From: an uncultured Cryomorphaceae bacterium
Lineage (GTDB): Bacteria > Bacteroidota > Bacteroidia > Flavobacteriales > Schleiferiaceae
NCBI GenBank assembly: GCA_964416385.1
Contig: CAYQDW010000005.1
Coordinates: 6,544-70,543, forward strand
Direction: 5' to 3'
Length of the DNA: 64,000 bases
A program made the translations under genes and the position numbers. Positions 38,441 to 47,707 of the stretch are shown here, in pieces (position 1 is the first letter of the stretch; every line of letters starts with the position of its first letter). The notes under the pieces are model-generated. The model did no database searches and had not been told where the DNA came from. It saw only the letters and a program-made list of their open reading frames with translations.

Positions 38441-39540
38441 TTGCGTTGTGGATTAACCTCTAAGATAAGTACATCGCCAGAACCATGAGCATGATTTTGG
38501 CCAGGTTTTACAACAAGTTTTTCTGTAGAAATTTGCTGTTGCCTAAAGTAGTTGGCAAGCCGTTGTACCCGCTTTTGCTGCAAGGTTTTGGTGGAGGCAT
38601 TTACCGAAAGCTCATAAGTATAACCACTGCTTTCTTTAATCATTGCAGCCAGTAAGTTTAAATTAAAGCTGGCTACAGTAGTTAGATCTGCTGCTTTTGG
38701 CTTAAATGCAATTTCGCGCAGCACAACGTTAAAAGCACTTGATGGCAATAATGCCGATTCTTGAATTTGGTTAGGCGGTGCCGTAATTTTAATTTCTACG
38801 CGTCTGTTTGCTTGTTCACTTGCTTCATCAATCTCTTTGGTTAACGGCTTATAATTACTAAAACCCTCATAACTAAGCCGGGTAGAAGCAATGCCATTGA
38901 GCACTAAAAAGTCATAAACTGCTTTTGCTCGGGCCACGCTTAGCGGCAAATCATCACCGCAACAAACGTGGCCTTGAATGGCTATTTCTAAATCAGGATA
39001 CGCAGTTAATATCTTATAAAGTTGATCAAGCACCGGCATACTATATGCATTGGGTACGGCTTGGTTTCCAACAAACTCCAAACTGTCAAGCAGAAAGCGC
39101 ATACCGGGTTTCCACAAGCTTATGTCACGTTGACCAAAGCTATTTGGTTGGATTTGGCGGGTAATAAAAACCACATCGCAGCGCCTATTTTTAAATCTTG
39201 TTTGCGCTGTGTTTGCATATTGGGGAAGGGCATCCCCTTTGCCAAATAGCGCAAACGGCACATCAAGCCCATTGTTAAATAAGTATTTCTTGGTTGATTG
39301 TGCTCTGCGCATGCTCAATGCATAATTATAGGCACTATCTGCGCGATTATCGCAATGGCAAGTAATATTTATTGTATCTGGCTTGGCGGTTTCAGCCATC
39401 TCGATAAGGCTATTTAAAGCGCGCCTCGCCTCATTTTTTAAGATGCTTTTATCGGTATCAAAATATATGCTCACAGTTTGTGCAGAAGGCTGATTTACAA
39501 AACATACCAAAACAATAAGCGTGAGTAAAAAGTCTTTCAT
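38437..39540 (-). CDS. OmpA-family protein with two OmpA_C-like peptidoglycan-binding domains
   Basis: Signal peptide. First OmpA-like module (CHCDNRADSAYNYALSMRRAQS), second module (IQGHVCCGDD...LSVARAKAVYDFL...ANRRVEIKI), plus a C-terminal extension. Confidence 0.8.
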   Translation of the reverse strand: MKDFLLTLIVLVCFVNQPSAQTVSIYFDTDKSILKNEARRALNSLIEMAETAKPDTINITCHCDNRADSAYNYALSMRRAQSTKKYLFNNGLDVPFALFGKGDALPQYANTAQTRFKNRRCDVVFITRQIQPNSFGQRDISLWKPGMRFLLDSLEFVGNQAVPNAYSMPVLDQLYKILTAYPDLEIAIQGHVCCGDDLPLSVARAKAVYDFLVLNGIASTRLSYEGFSNYKPLTKEIDEASEQANRRVEIKITAPPNQIQESALLPSSAFNVVLREIAFKPKAADLTTVASFNLNLLAAMIKESSGYTYELSVNASTKTLQQKRVQRLANYFRQQQISTEKLVVKPGQNHAHGSGDVLILEVNPQRK

Positions 39541-39611
39541 GAGCGATTTTTATGAAAATAGACGGTATAGCCTATTCGGAACTTGCAACAATTATACCTG
39601 CGATGCAGGTA

Positions 39612-39619
39612 CAAACTTA
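39612..39619 (-). promoter_or_regulatory. Candidate Bacteroidota -7 promoter box for the ompA/dinB-like/patatin operon
   Basis: Minus strand reads TAAGTTTG (matches TAnnTTTG), 72 nt upstream of the ATG at 39540. Confidence 0.3.
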
Positions 39620-39640
39620 ATCAGGCAATGTAAATGCGTG

Positions 39641-39648
39641 TATATTTG
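39641..39648 (+). promoter_or_regulatory. Candidate Bacteroidota -7 promoter box for the N-acyltransferase gene
   Basis: TATATTTG matches TAnnTTTG, 55 nt upstream of the ATG at 39703. Confidence 0.35.
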
Positions 39649-39702
39649 AACATCTATCATGTAGCCTAAAAGAAATAATTTTTAAAGCTAGGTAGCTAAA
39701 AT

Positions 39703-40644
39703 ATGCATCATACCATCCCCCCCATAGAAAAAGCTTTACTTAAGTCTGAGCTTACCAAAGAACGTTTTGTTAGAAAAACCAATAAAGGAGATAACGAAAT
39801 TTACATTGTTAATGCGCACAACGCACCGCAAACGCTACAAGAAATTGGTAGGTTGCGTGAAGTAAGTTTTGCTGCGGCAGGCGGAGGTACTGGCAACCCA
39901 GTTGATTTAGATGCGTATGACACAAATGAACATTGCTATGAGCAGCTAATTGTATGGAGCCCAGATGATGAAGAAATTGTTGGTGGATATCGTTTTATAG
40001 ACTGTTCTTCAATTTGTAATCTCAATCCGCTGCCCCTTAGTACCACACATTATTTTAACTTTTCTGATGCTTTTAGAGAGCATTTTCTCCCCTATACCAT
40101 AGAACTAGGCAGAAGTTGGGTACAGCCCCATTTTCAACCGCAGATTAACGCGCGCAAGGGCATTTTTAGCCTTGATAATTTGTGGGATGGCCTTGGTGCA
40201 ATCGTTGCTAACAATCCTCACATAAAGCATTTTTTTGGTAAAGTAACGATGTATACTTCGTACAATGCCGAAGCACGAGATGCCGTTCTCACCTTTATGC
40301 ATCATTATTTTCCAGATCAAGATAACTTGGTTTGGCCGAAAGCGCCTTTATCAATAAATACAGATATGTCTGCTTTTATAAAGCAATTAGAAGCGCTGCC
40401 TTTTAAAGAAGGGCTTCGGGTTTTGGGTGGTTATGTTAAAGAGCGCGAAGAACTCATCCCACCACTAATCAATAACTATATGCAGTTAAGCCCCACCATG
40501 AAAACTTTTGGCACCGCCATGAATAATGATTTTGGTGCTGTAGAAGAAACGGGCATCCTTATTACCATTGCGGATATTTACGCGGATAAGCGCGAACGCT
40601 ATGTAACCCCGTATAAAGAAGCAAAAGACGCTACTACCGATTAA
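39703..40644 (+). CDS. GNAT-fold N-acyltransferase of the OlsB/GlsB (N-acyl amino acid lipid synthase, hemolysin-like) type
   Basis: 313 aa. IGRLREVSFAAAGGGTGNPVDLDAYD and later blocks resemble the N-acyl amino acid synthases that make ornithine/glycine lipids. No adjacent O-acyltransferase. Confidence 0.6.
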   Translation: MHHTIPPIEKALLKSELTKERFVRKTNKGDNEIYIVNAHNAPQTLQEIGRLREVSFAAAGGGTGNPVDLDAYDTNEHCYEQLIVWSPDDEEIVGGYRFIDCSSICNLNPLPLSTTHYFNFSDAFREHFLPYTIELGRSWVQPHFQPQINARKGIFSLDNLWDGLGAIVANNPHIKHFFGKVTMYTSYNAEARDAVLTFMHHYFPDQDNLVWPKAPLSINTDMSAFIKQLEALPFKEGLRVLGGYVKEREELIPPLINNYMQLSPTMKTFGTAMNNDFGAVEETGILITIADIYADKRERYVTPYKEAKDATTD

Positions 40645-40694
40645 GAGATTACCATATAAAGAAAATACGCACTTACCGTTTTTTAAAAACAAAA

Positions 40695-40724
40695 AGGGCT
40701 AGCTTGATAAAACGAGCTAGCCCT
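40695..40724. terminator. Bidirectional rho-independent terminator between convergent N-acyltransferase and lpdA genes
   Basis: 9-bp perfect stem agggctagc (40695-40703) / gctagccct (40716-40724), an A-run upstream and ttgctttttt downstream. Confidence 0.75.
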
Positions 40725-40766
40725 TTGCTTTTTTAAGATGCATATTTCGGCATCTTTTACTTGTAT

Positions 40767-42155
40767 TTATAAGTGGATCACCTCATCATAAGCTGCGGCA
40801 GTGGCTTCCATCATGGCCTCGCTCATGGTTGGGTGCGGATGCACAGCTTTTAGAATTTCATGTCCTGTAGTTTCTAATTTACGCGCTACAACGGCCTCTG
40901 CGATCATTTCTGTAACATTGGCACCAATCATATGGCATCCTAGCAATTCACCATACTTTGCATCATAAATAACCTTGATAAAACCATCTTTATGGCCTGC
41001 TGCACTTGCTTTACCACTCGCTGAAAAAGGAAACTTACCCACTTTTATTTCAAAACCCGCCTCTTTAGCAGCCTTTTCTGTGTAGCCAACACTTGCAATT
41101 TCTGGGCTGCAATACGTACAGCCAGGTATGTTGTTGTAATTTAAGGGCTCTACATGATGACCCGCAATTTTTTCTACACATAAAATACCTTCAGCACTGG
41201 CCACATGCGCAAGGGCTTGTCCTTTAACAATATCACCAATGGCGTAATAGCCGGGTACATTGGTTTGGTAAAAATCATTCACCAAAACCCTGCCTTTATC
41301 GGTTGCAATACCAACCTCTTCTAAGCCAATACCTTCTATGTTTGGAGAGATTCCAACGGCAGAAAGCACTATATCACAGTCAATTGTTTCTTCGCCCTTT
41401 TTGGTTTTTACGGCAACTTTACAGCCTGTACCTGCAGTATCAACAGCCGTTACCTCTGCGCTGGTCATAATTTTAATGCCAGCCTTTTTAAAACTGCGCT
41501 CTAGCTGCTTGCTTACTTCTTCATCTTCTACGGGTACAATATTTGGCATGTACTCTACAATGGTAACCTCTGTACCCATTGTGGCATAGAAATAGGCAAA
41601 CTCTACCCCAATAGCGCCACTACCAACCACCACCATTTTTTTGGGTTGCTCTGGTAGGGTCATTGCTTCGCGGTAGCCAATTATTTTTTTGCCATCTTGA
41701 GGTAGATTAGGCAACTGCCTGCTACGTGCACCAGTGGCTATAATTACGTTATTGGCGCTGTACGTTTTGGTTTCTCCGCCCGCTGCCTTAACCTCCACCT
41801 TTTTGCCTGGTAGTAATTTGCCAAAACCTTCAAGAACGGTGATTTTATTTTTTTTCATCAAAAACTTAACGCCATTACTCATGCCGTTAGCCACTTCTCT
41901 ACTGCGCTTAACTACTGCACCAAAATCATGCGCAAAGGCATCAACCTTAATACCATAGTCGCTTGCATGGCTGATATACTCAAATACATTGGCGCTTTTT
42001 AGTAAAGCCTTTGTTGGAATACAACCCCAATTTAAACACACGCCTCCTAAGCTTTCTTTTTCTATTACCGCAGTTTTTAAACCTAGTTGGCTTGCCCGTA
42101 TGGCTGTTACATATCCACCAGGACCACTACCAAGAACGATTACGTCAAAATCCAT
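40767..42155 (-). CDS. lpdA: Dihydrolipoyl dehydrogenase (E3)
   Basis: FAD motif VLGSGPGGY, redox disulfide GGVCLNWGCIPTK, NAD motif VVGSGAIGVEF, and the C-terminal interface domain with HPHPT. Confidence 0.93.
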   Translation of the reverse strand: MDFDVIVLGSGPGGYVTAIRASQLGLKTAVIEKESLGGVCLNWGCIPTKALLKSANVFEYISHASDYGIKVDAFAHDFGAVVKRSREVANGMSNGVKFLMKKNKITVLEGFGKLLPGKKVEVKAAGGETKTYSANNVIIATGARSRQLPNLPQDGKKIIGYREAMTLPEQPKKMVVVGSGAIGVEFAYFYATMGTEVTIVEYMPNIVPVEDEEVSKQLERSFKKAGIKIMTSAEVTAVDTAGTGCKVAVKTKKGEETIDCDIVLSAVGISPNIEGIGLEEVGIATDKGRVLVNDFYQTNVPGYYAIGDIVKGQALAHVASAEGILCVEKIAGHHVEPLNYNNIPGCTYCSPEIASVGYTEKAAKEAGFEIKVGKFPFSASGKASAAGHKDGFIKVIYDAKYGELLGCHMIGANVTEMIAEAVVARKLETTGHEILKAVHPHPTMSEAMMEATAAAYDEVIHL

Positions 42156-42224
42156 ATCTATTGTATTAATTGATGCTTATTATTGAATGCGCAAATTTAC
42201 GCTTTGCGTATCAACCAAAAAGGA

Positions 42225-42611
42225 TTACAAACTGCTTTTTACTGCAATGCAAGAGATCTCAACTTGCGCGCCTTTTGGTAATGCTGCAACTTGTACGGTT
42301 TCGCGCGCTGGGGCCACATCTGTAAAGTACTTGCCGTAAACTTCGTTAATGGCCGCAAACTGCCCCATATCAGTGATAAAAATGCTGCATTTCACCACGT
42401 TGGTCATGTCCATTTTAGCAGCTTGTAAAACGGCCTTCATGTTTTCTAAAACTTGTATGGTTTCTTGTTCAATATTTTCTTGCATCATTTGGCCTGTTAC
42501 CGGGTGTAATGCTATTTGACCGCTTAAAAAGCACAAATCACCAACCATAATAGCTTGGTTGTATGGCCCAATAGGTGCAGGCGCATGGGGTGTTTCTATA
42601 CGTTGTTTCAT
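42225..42611 (-). CDS. ridA: RidA/YjgF-family reactive-intermediate deaminase
   Basis: 128 aa. APAPIGPYNQA, LSGQIA and PARETVQVAALPKGAQVEI signature. Confidence 0.88.
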   Translation of the reverse strand: MKQRIETPHAPAPIGPYNQAIMVGDLCFLSGQIALHPVTGQMMQENIEQETIQVLENMKAVLQAAKMDMTNVVKCSIFITDMGQFAAINEVYGKYFTDVAPARETVQVAALPKGAQVEISCIAVKSSL

Positions 42612-42777
42612 GGGTATATTTTTACGCGGCCGAAGGTAAGCGTGCTATGCAAAATATTTGATACGTTGTAGAAAGTAAATCAGAATCTTGCCATATTGCG
42701 CTATACTGATGGCAATAAACGCTTTAGAGTAAAAACTTGCCTATATAACACATACTACCTCATTAGAGACCAAAGCC

Positions 42778-43350
42778 GTGCATATTCTTCTTTTAGATAA
42801 TTACGACAGTTTCACCTATAACCTTTACCACTACCTAACAGCTTTGGATGTAGCCGTTTCGGTGTATAGAAATGATGAAATCACCCCAGAAGAAACCGAT
42901 CGGTTTTCTCATCTAGTATTGAGTCCGGGGCCTGGCTTACCCGCCGAAGCTGGCCATTTAATGGCTATTATTAATCGACAAAAACACATTAAACCAATAT
43001 TGGGTATATGCCTGGGCATGCAGGCACTCACCGAAGCTTTTGGGGGTACGCTTTATAACCAGCAGCAAGTAAAACATGGCGTAACTACAACAATTACTAC
43101 GCACAAACCTAACCTGCTCTTTAGCCATTTACCAACTTCCTTTTGTGTTGGCTTATACCATAGTTGGGCTGTAACAGCGGGCACTTTGCCTGCAGAACTT
43201 ATGATAACAGCTAACAGCGCAGAAGGTGTTGTAATGGCCATAGAACATAAAAAACTGCCAATCTTTGGTGTTCAATTTCATCCTGAAAGCATTTTAACAG
43301 AATTTGGTAGAAACATATTGTCTAATTGGATTAACGCAACCTCAACATAA
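42778..43350 (+). CDS. Glutamine amidotransferase subunit of aminodeoxychorismate/anthranilate synthase
   Basis: ILLLDNYDSFTYNLYHYL, catalytic GICLGMQ and FHPES. GTG start at 42778. No trp genes nearby, so PabA is more likely than TrpG. Confidence 0.85.
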   Translation: MHILLLDNYDSFTYNLYHYLTALDVAVSVYRNDEITPEETDRFSHLVLSPGPGLPAEAGHLMAIINRQKHIKPILGICLGMQALTEAFGGTLYNQQQVKHGVTTTITTHKPNLLFSHLPTSFCVGLYHSWAVTAGTLPAELMITANSAEGVVMAIEHKKLPIFGVQFHPESILTEFGRNILSNWINATST

Positions 43351-43351
43351 A

Positions 43352-43756
43352 ATGAGACTTCTATTCCTTTTTTCACTCGCATTATTAAACCTGATTACAG
43401 ATCAAAAGGAAATATCGCACGAAAGCAGCAATGCGTTTGCATTTCGTTTAATATCAACACCTAACAATATAGATTTACAATCTGAATCAGGCTGCAACTG
43501 GCTTTCGCTTCATTTTTCTATTCGTCAAAACGGTAATCAAATTTTTGTGAATGAAACCGGCATGCTTGGGTCCAATCCAAACATTAAAACCACTCAACTC
43601 GAGACATCAGCTTTTCTGCTCGGTATTAGCGCTAAGACAGACACCTTAATAATAACCGGTTACAAGGGTACCATGTGGAGAGAATATAAAGCCGCTTGCC
43701 CCAATGGGTTTTGTGCTTTTGATGTTGATGAGAATGCTATTTCGCCCAGTAATTAA
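43352..43756 (+). CDS. Small secreted hypothetical protein
   Basis: ATG 1 nt after the amidotransferase stop. N-terminal hydrophobic signal (MRLLFLFSLALLNL), four Cys, no recognisable domain. The 3' end overlaps the convergent lptD-like stop by 4 nt. Confidence 0.4.
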   Translation: MRLLFLFSLALLNLITDQKEISHESSNAFAFRLISTPNNIDLQSESGCNWLSLHFSIRQNGNQIFVNETGMLGSNPNIKTTQLETSAFLLGISAKTDTLIITGYKGTMWREYKAACPNGFCAFDVDENAISPSN

Positions 43757-46383
43757 AAGTCACCCAAATTACGTCTGCGCTCTAATTTGGCATCTTTAAA
43801 GCTATTGGCTTTGATATTAATACCAATCATATAACTCTGCTGAAAGCCAAAAGGTACCCAATTAATGCGGAGTTCCCAGCAATGTAAATCGCGCACAATG
43901 TTTAGATTGGTATAGGTTATTTCTTGCCGAACTAAATCATAACCAGTGGTAACAATCAGGTGCCAATTTGGTGTAGGATCAAATTGAACATCAACACCTA
44001 AAGCATGCGTACCAATGCGCGATTGCAGATTAGTGTTAGAAATTTGGTAATTATACTGCAGACCAATACTCCAAGGCATGCTAAAATCCATGTAATTTGA
44101 AACGCTGTAATAGTTGATGTCATCTTCTTCAAGGCCCAACGGACTTGAACTGTTTTGTTTTTTTCGTTCTGCCCCAAGATTGCCCTGCCAGCGCATATTA
44201 ACACTAAAATTACTAGAGGTATTACGTGCAAGCACACCATTAATTTCTCTAGCAGAAATATTTACTCGTTTATTTTGAGTGGTATCAAAACCATAAAAAT
44301 CATAAACCCCTTGGTATGTAAGCTGCACTTTGTTTTTGAGCACGCTGCTTTGAGCCACAACATTTAAAGGTGCCCAATTAAATTCTTTGGCGGCCATATT
44401 GTAGCTTGTTCCAAAATTTAAACGGTCTAAAATCTTTATTTTCCTCTCGCCAGTGCTGTCTTTTGAGCTTCTAATCTTTGCTTCTAGATTGTTGCCAAGT
44501 TGCATATTAACGCTTCCGTTTACCCCGCGGCCAGCCGAGCCATAGAGGTAGCCGTTAAAGCGGTCAAAATACTGTGTTGTACCTGTTGAATCTTCAAGTT
44601 GTTGGTAAACACCCCAAAATTCATTTGAAAAATCTGGCGAATAACTAAAGCCTACTTGAGGCGTCATCATGTGCCTAATGGCCCGAATCTTCCCTTTTTT
44701 AAAAAAGAATGTTCCATATACTTTGGTAGACACATTGGCACTGGCAGAAAAAGTATTCACCATAGAAAAACCAGAAACGGTATCTGTTACCAGAGAGTCA
44801 TTACCCTGATAGCTGTACGTATGTTTACTTGGATACCAACGTGACGTAAAACGTGCCGATGGACTAAAGGAGAAAAACTTAAACAAACGCTCATTTGTAC
44901 TCACGTTAATATTATGATTCATCCCAGTTTGCAGTTGCTGCGAAATTCTTTCTGCACCAACACGTAATGAGTCATAATTAGTAGCAAGCCGAGCTTCTGT
45001 TGCAGCTGCATAGTTTACCCCAATGCGCTCATACCATTTAGCCTTGCCAACGCGATTTTTTTGTTCAAAAGGAAAAATACGCTGCATGGTAAAGGCCATT
45101 TTTGGCAAGGATAGACTGAAATTTTTATTGATGTTATTCTGGGTATGGTAAGCACTAGCCGTAAGTGAAAAAGGTGTGCCTAACCAGCGCTTATCCATGC
45201 TTATGGATGATGTGGTGGTATTTTGCAAAAAGTCATTCGGACTATTTGTATTAAACCTATTAAACGTTGGGTTGGCCAAATCTACACTGGCAGAAAATGT
45301 TAAGTCTGGTCTTGCCTTAGGGTCTTGTCTATGGCTCCACCGAATTCTAAAATCCCTAGAATCTTCAAAGCGCCCATAATCTTGGTAACGCGGATCGCCA
45401 ATAAGCGTTCTATTGTAGCGCATCTCTAGAGTACCGTTATACGCATAGCGCTTTTTATAATTGCTAGAAGCGCGTACGCCCCAACCGCCTCTAGAGTACA
45501 CCTCGCCTGTTAATGATAAATCTACAAACTGATTTATGCTGAAATAATACCCGCCATTAACCAAACCAAAACCTTTGCCCTCATGGCTATTAAAGGTTGG
45601 GATGATGAATCCTGATGCGCGTTTATCTTGCGCAGGAAAAAATCCGAATGGCAAGATGATAGGCGTTGGCACATCTGCAATAACAAGGTTTGCCGGCCCC
45701 GTAATAATGCGGTCGCCAACAATAATTTTTGCCTTATCTGTTGTTACTTCAAAATGCGGATGCCGCTTATTGCATGTTGTAAACGCAGTGTGCTTAATAT
45801 AAAAAGTGCTTTCATCTTGGCGTTTAATCACATCTCCATGTAAATAGCTTTCTCCTTCTCGGGTAATTACTGTTTTAATGATTGCCTTATTACTTGAAAA
45901 GTTATAACGGATTTCGGAAGTCTCGTATGTTTCGTCTCCTTGTTTAAAAATGGGCGATTGCACAATGTTACCTGCACTATCTAAAATACCACGGGCATAC
46001 ACCTCATTTTTTCCCCAATCTAATTCAATGTAACCAGCATCAAGACTAACATCACCGTAATCAATATGTGCTTTATTGTATAGAAAAGCCTTGTTTAAAG
46101 CAACCATAATGGGGATGCTGTCTTCGGCATGATAATTCACCAAGCTCTTTAGCACAGATGGCGAAATCAAGGAGTCTGTTTGGGTGGTATCAGAAAGCGT
46201 TTTCTCGAACTTATCTTGCGTTACCGTGTTAACCGCATTAAGCATATTGAGCATGCCTGCATCCGGTTTTAGCAACGTTGTATCTTTTTGCGTTTCTGTT
46301 GGCTCTTGCTGCGCAAAAACCAGAAACGGAAATACAAAAAACAGCGTTAATAACTTGTATAACCCTTTTGTATGCTGCAGCAA
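43753..46383 (-). CDS. Large outer-membrane beta-barrel protein, LptD/OstA-like
   Basis: 876 aa. Signal peptide, OstA-like N-terminal region and a long Gly/aromatic-rich alternating beta-strand region ending ...RRRNLGDF. TTG is the only start preceding the signal peptide. Confidence 0.55.
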   Translation of the reverse strand: MLQHTKGLYKLLTLFFVFPFLVFAQQEPTETQKDTTLLKPDAGMLNMLNAVNTVTQDKFEKTLSDTTQTDSLISPSVLKSLVNYHAEDSIPIMVALNKAFLYNKAHIDYGDVSLDAGYIELDWGKNEVYARGILDSAGNIVQSPIFKQGDETYETSEIRYNFSSNKAIIKTVITREGESYLHGDVIKRQDESTFYIKHTAFTTCNKRHPHFEVTTDKAKIIVGDRIITGPANLVIADVPTPIILPFGFFPAQDKRASGFIIPTFNSHEGKGFGLVNGGYYFSINQFVDLSLTGEVYSRGGWGVRASSNYKKRYAYNGTLEMRYNRTLIGDPRYQDYGRFEDSRDFRIRWSHRQDPKARPDLTFSASVDLANPTFNRFNTNSPNDFLQNTTTSSISMDKRWLGTPFSLTASAYHTQNNINKNFSLSLPKMAFTMQRIFPFEQKNRVGKAKWYERIGVNYAAATEARLATNYDSLRVGAERISQQLQTGMNHNINVSTNERLFKFFSFSPSARFTSRWYPSKHTYSYQGNDSLVTDTVSGFSMVNTFSASANVSTKVYGTFFFKKGKIRAIRHMMTPQVGFSYSPDFSNEFWGVYQQLEDSTGTTQYFDRFNGYLYGSAGRGVNGSVNMQLGNNLEAKIRSSKDSTGERKIKILDRLNFGTSYNMAAKEFNWAPLNVVAQSSVLKNKVQLTYQGVYDFYGFDTTQNKRVNISAREINGVLARNTSSNFSVNMRWQGNLGAERKKQNSSSPLGLEEDDINYYSVSNYMDFSMPWSIGLQYNYQISNTNLQSRIGTHALGVDVQFDPTPNWHLIVTTGYDLVRQEITYTNLNIVRDLHCWELRINWVPFGFQQSYMIGINIKANSFKDAKLERRRNLGDF

Positions 46384-46393
46384 GCTGTAATAT

Positions 46394-46401
46394 TACTTTT
46401 G
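46394..46401 (+). promoter_or_regulatory. Candidate -7 promoter box for the amidase gene
   Basis: TACTTTTG matches TAnnTTTG, 76 nt upstream of ATG 46477. Confidence 0.3.
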
Positions 46402-46415
46402 TAGATTAATCGCGC

Positions 46416-46423
46416 CAAAATTA
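46416..46423 (-). promoter_or_regulatory. Candidate -7 promoter box for the lptD-like gene
   Basis: Minus strand reads TAATTTTG (TAnnTTTG), 33 nt upstream of the TTG start at 46383. Confidence 0.3.
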
Positions 46424-46476
46424 AGCATTTTTAATGCCAGAAAAGGTTAGTAAACGTTCTAAGCACCTAAGGTCTC

Positions 46477-47676
46477 ATGCATACGCCTCAAAATTCTAAA
46501 CCCTTTACCCGTTTATTGTTACTAACGCTTCTCGTTGGATTTATTATTCCATCAATTGCCATGATGCCATTTCGTTTATCTAACGGTACGGTTAAGCGTG
46601 TGGTTATTGATGCCGGACATGGCGGTAGAGATTCTGGCAACCTCGGCACCGGCCGCTATAAATCAAAAGAAAAAGACATTTCACTAGAGGTTGCACAGAT
46701 GGTAGGCAACTATATCAAGCAGAACATACCAGATGTTGAAGTGATTTATACCCGCGATAGCGACACCTTTATTGAACTCAGAGAACGGCCAGCCATTGCC
46801 AATAGGGCGGATGCCGATTTATTTATTTCTATACACTGCAATGCAGCAACCAGCAGTGCGGCATACGGCACCGAAACTTTTGTGATGGGCTTAACGCGTG
46901 AGCAAGCAAACCTGGATGTTGCCAAGCGCGAAAACTCTGTTATTTTTCTAGAAGAAAACTTTGAAGAAAAATATGAAGGCTTTGACCCCAATGACCCTCA
47001 AAATGCTATTGTGGCACAAATTTCTTCCAACGCCTATTTAGATCAAAGCGTAAGATTTGCACAACTCATTCAAGATGAATTTACGGGCCGCGTAAAAAGA
47101 CATAACCGAGGCGTAAAGCAAAGCGTGCTTTATGTTTTAGATTTTACAGCTATGCCAAGCGTGTTGATAGAGCTCGGCTTTTTAACCAATAGAAGCGAAG
47201 AAGATTTTTTGAATTCTAAAAGTGGTAAGGAGCTTATGGCTAGTGCCATCTATAGGGCGTTTAAACAGTACAAAAAGGAAGCCGATGAACTAGACCGCAT
47301 CAATGAAGACACGATGCCCAAATTGAATAACCAAACAGCGGTAGGTACAGATAAAACAGAATCAACAAGTACGCAAGAAGAAAAGCAAGCGCCAGCACCA
47401 ATAACTAAAGCCAACGCCCCGATATATAAAATTCAAATCGCCACAAGCGGTACCAAGCTCGCCTTGTTGCCAAAGAATTTTAACGGCTTAACAGATGTTG
47501 ATGTTTATACCTACAATGAATTGTATAAGTACACTTGGGGCGCATTTAATACCGTAGAAGAAGCCAATAGTGCACTGCCAACTGTAAAAGCTAAAGGCTA
47601 TAAAGATGCGTTTGTAATCGCTTTTTATAATGGCGAACGGATTAGCTTGGCAAAAGCCGCTCAAATCCAACAGTAG
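46477..47676 (+). CDS. N-acetylmuramoyl-L-alanine amidase (Amidase_3) with C-terminal SPOR domain
   Basis: VVIDAGHGGRDSG, ADLFISIHCNA and VLIELGFLTN blocks. The C-terminal ~75 aa (YKIQIATSG...GYKDAFVIAF) is SPOR-like. Confidence 0.85.
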   Translation: MHTPQNSKPFTRLLLLTLLVGFIIPSIAMMPFRLSNGTVKRVVIDAGHGGRDSGNLGTGRYKSKEKDISLEVAQMVGNYIKQNIPDVEVIYTRDSDTFIELRERPAIANRADADLFISIHCNAATSSAAYGTETFVMGLTREQANLDVAKRENSVIFLEENFEEKYEGFDPNDPQNAIVAQISSNAYLDQSVRFAQLIQDEFTGRVKRHNRGVKQSVLYVLDFTAMPSVLIELGFLTNRSEEDFLNSKSGKELMASAIYRAFKQYKKEADELDRINEDTMPKLNNQTAVGTDKTESTSTQEEKQAPAPITKANAPIYKIQIATSGTKLALLPKNFNGLTDVDVYTYNELYKYTWGAFNTVEEANSALPTVKAKGYKDAFVIAFYNGERISLAKAAQIQQ

Positions 47677-47707
47677 GTTTATTTTTGTTGGATAACAAAA
47701 CTTGATT

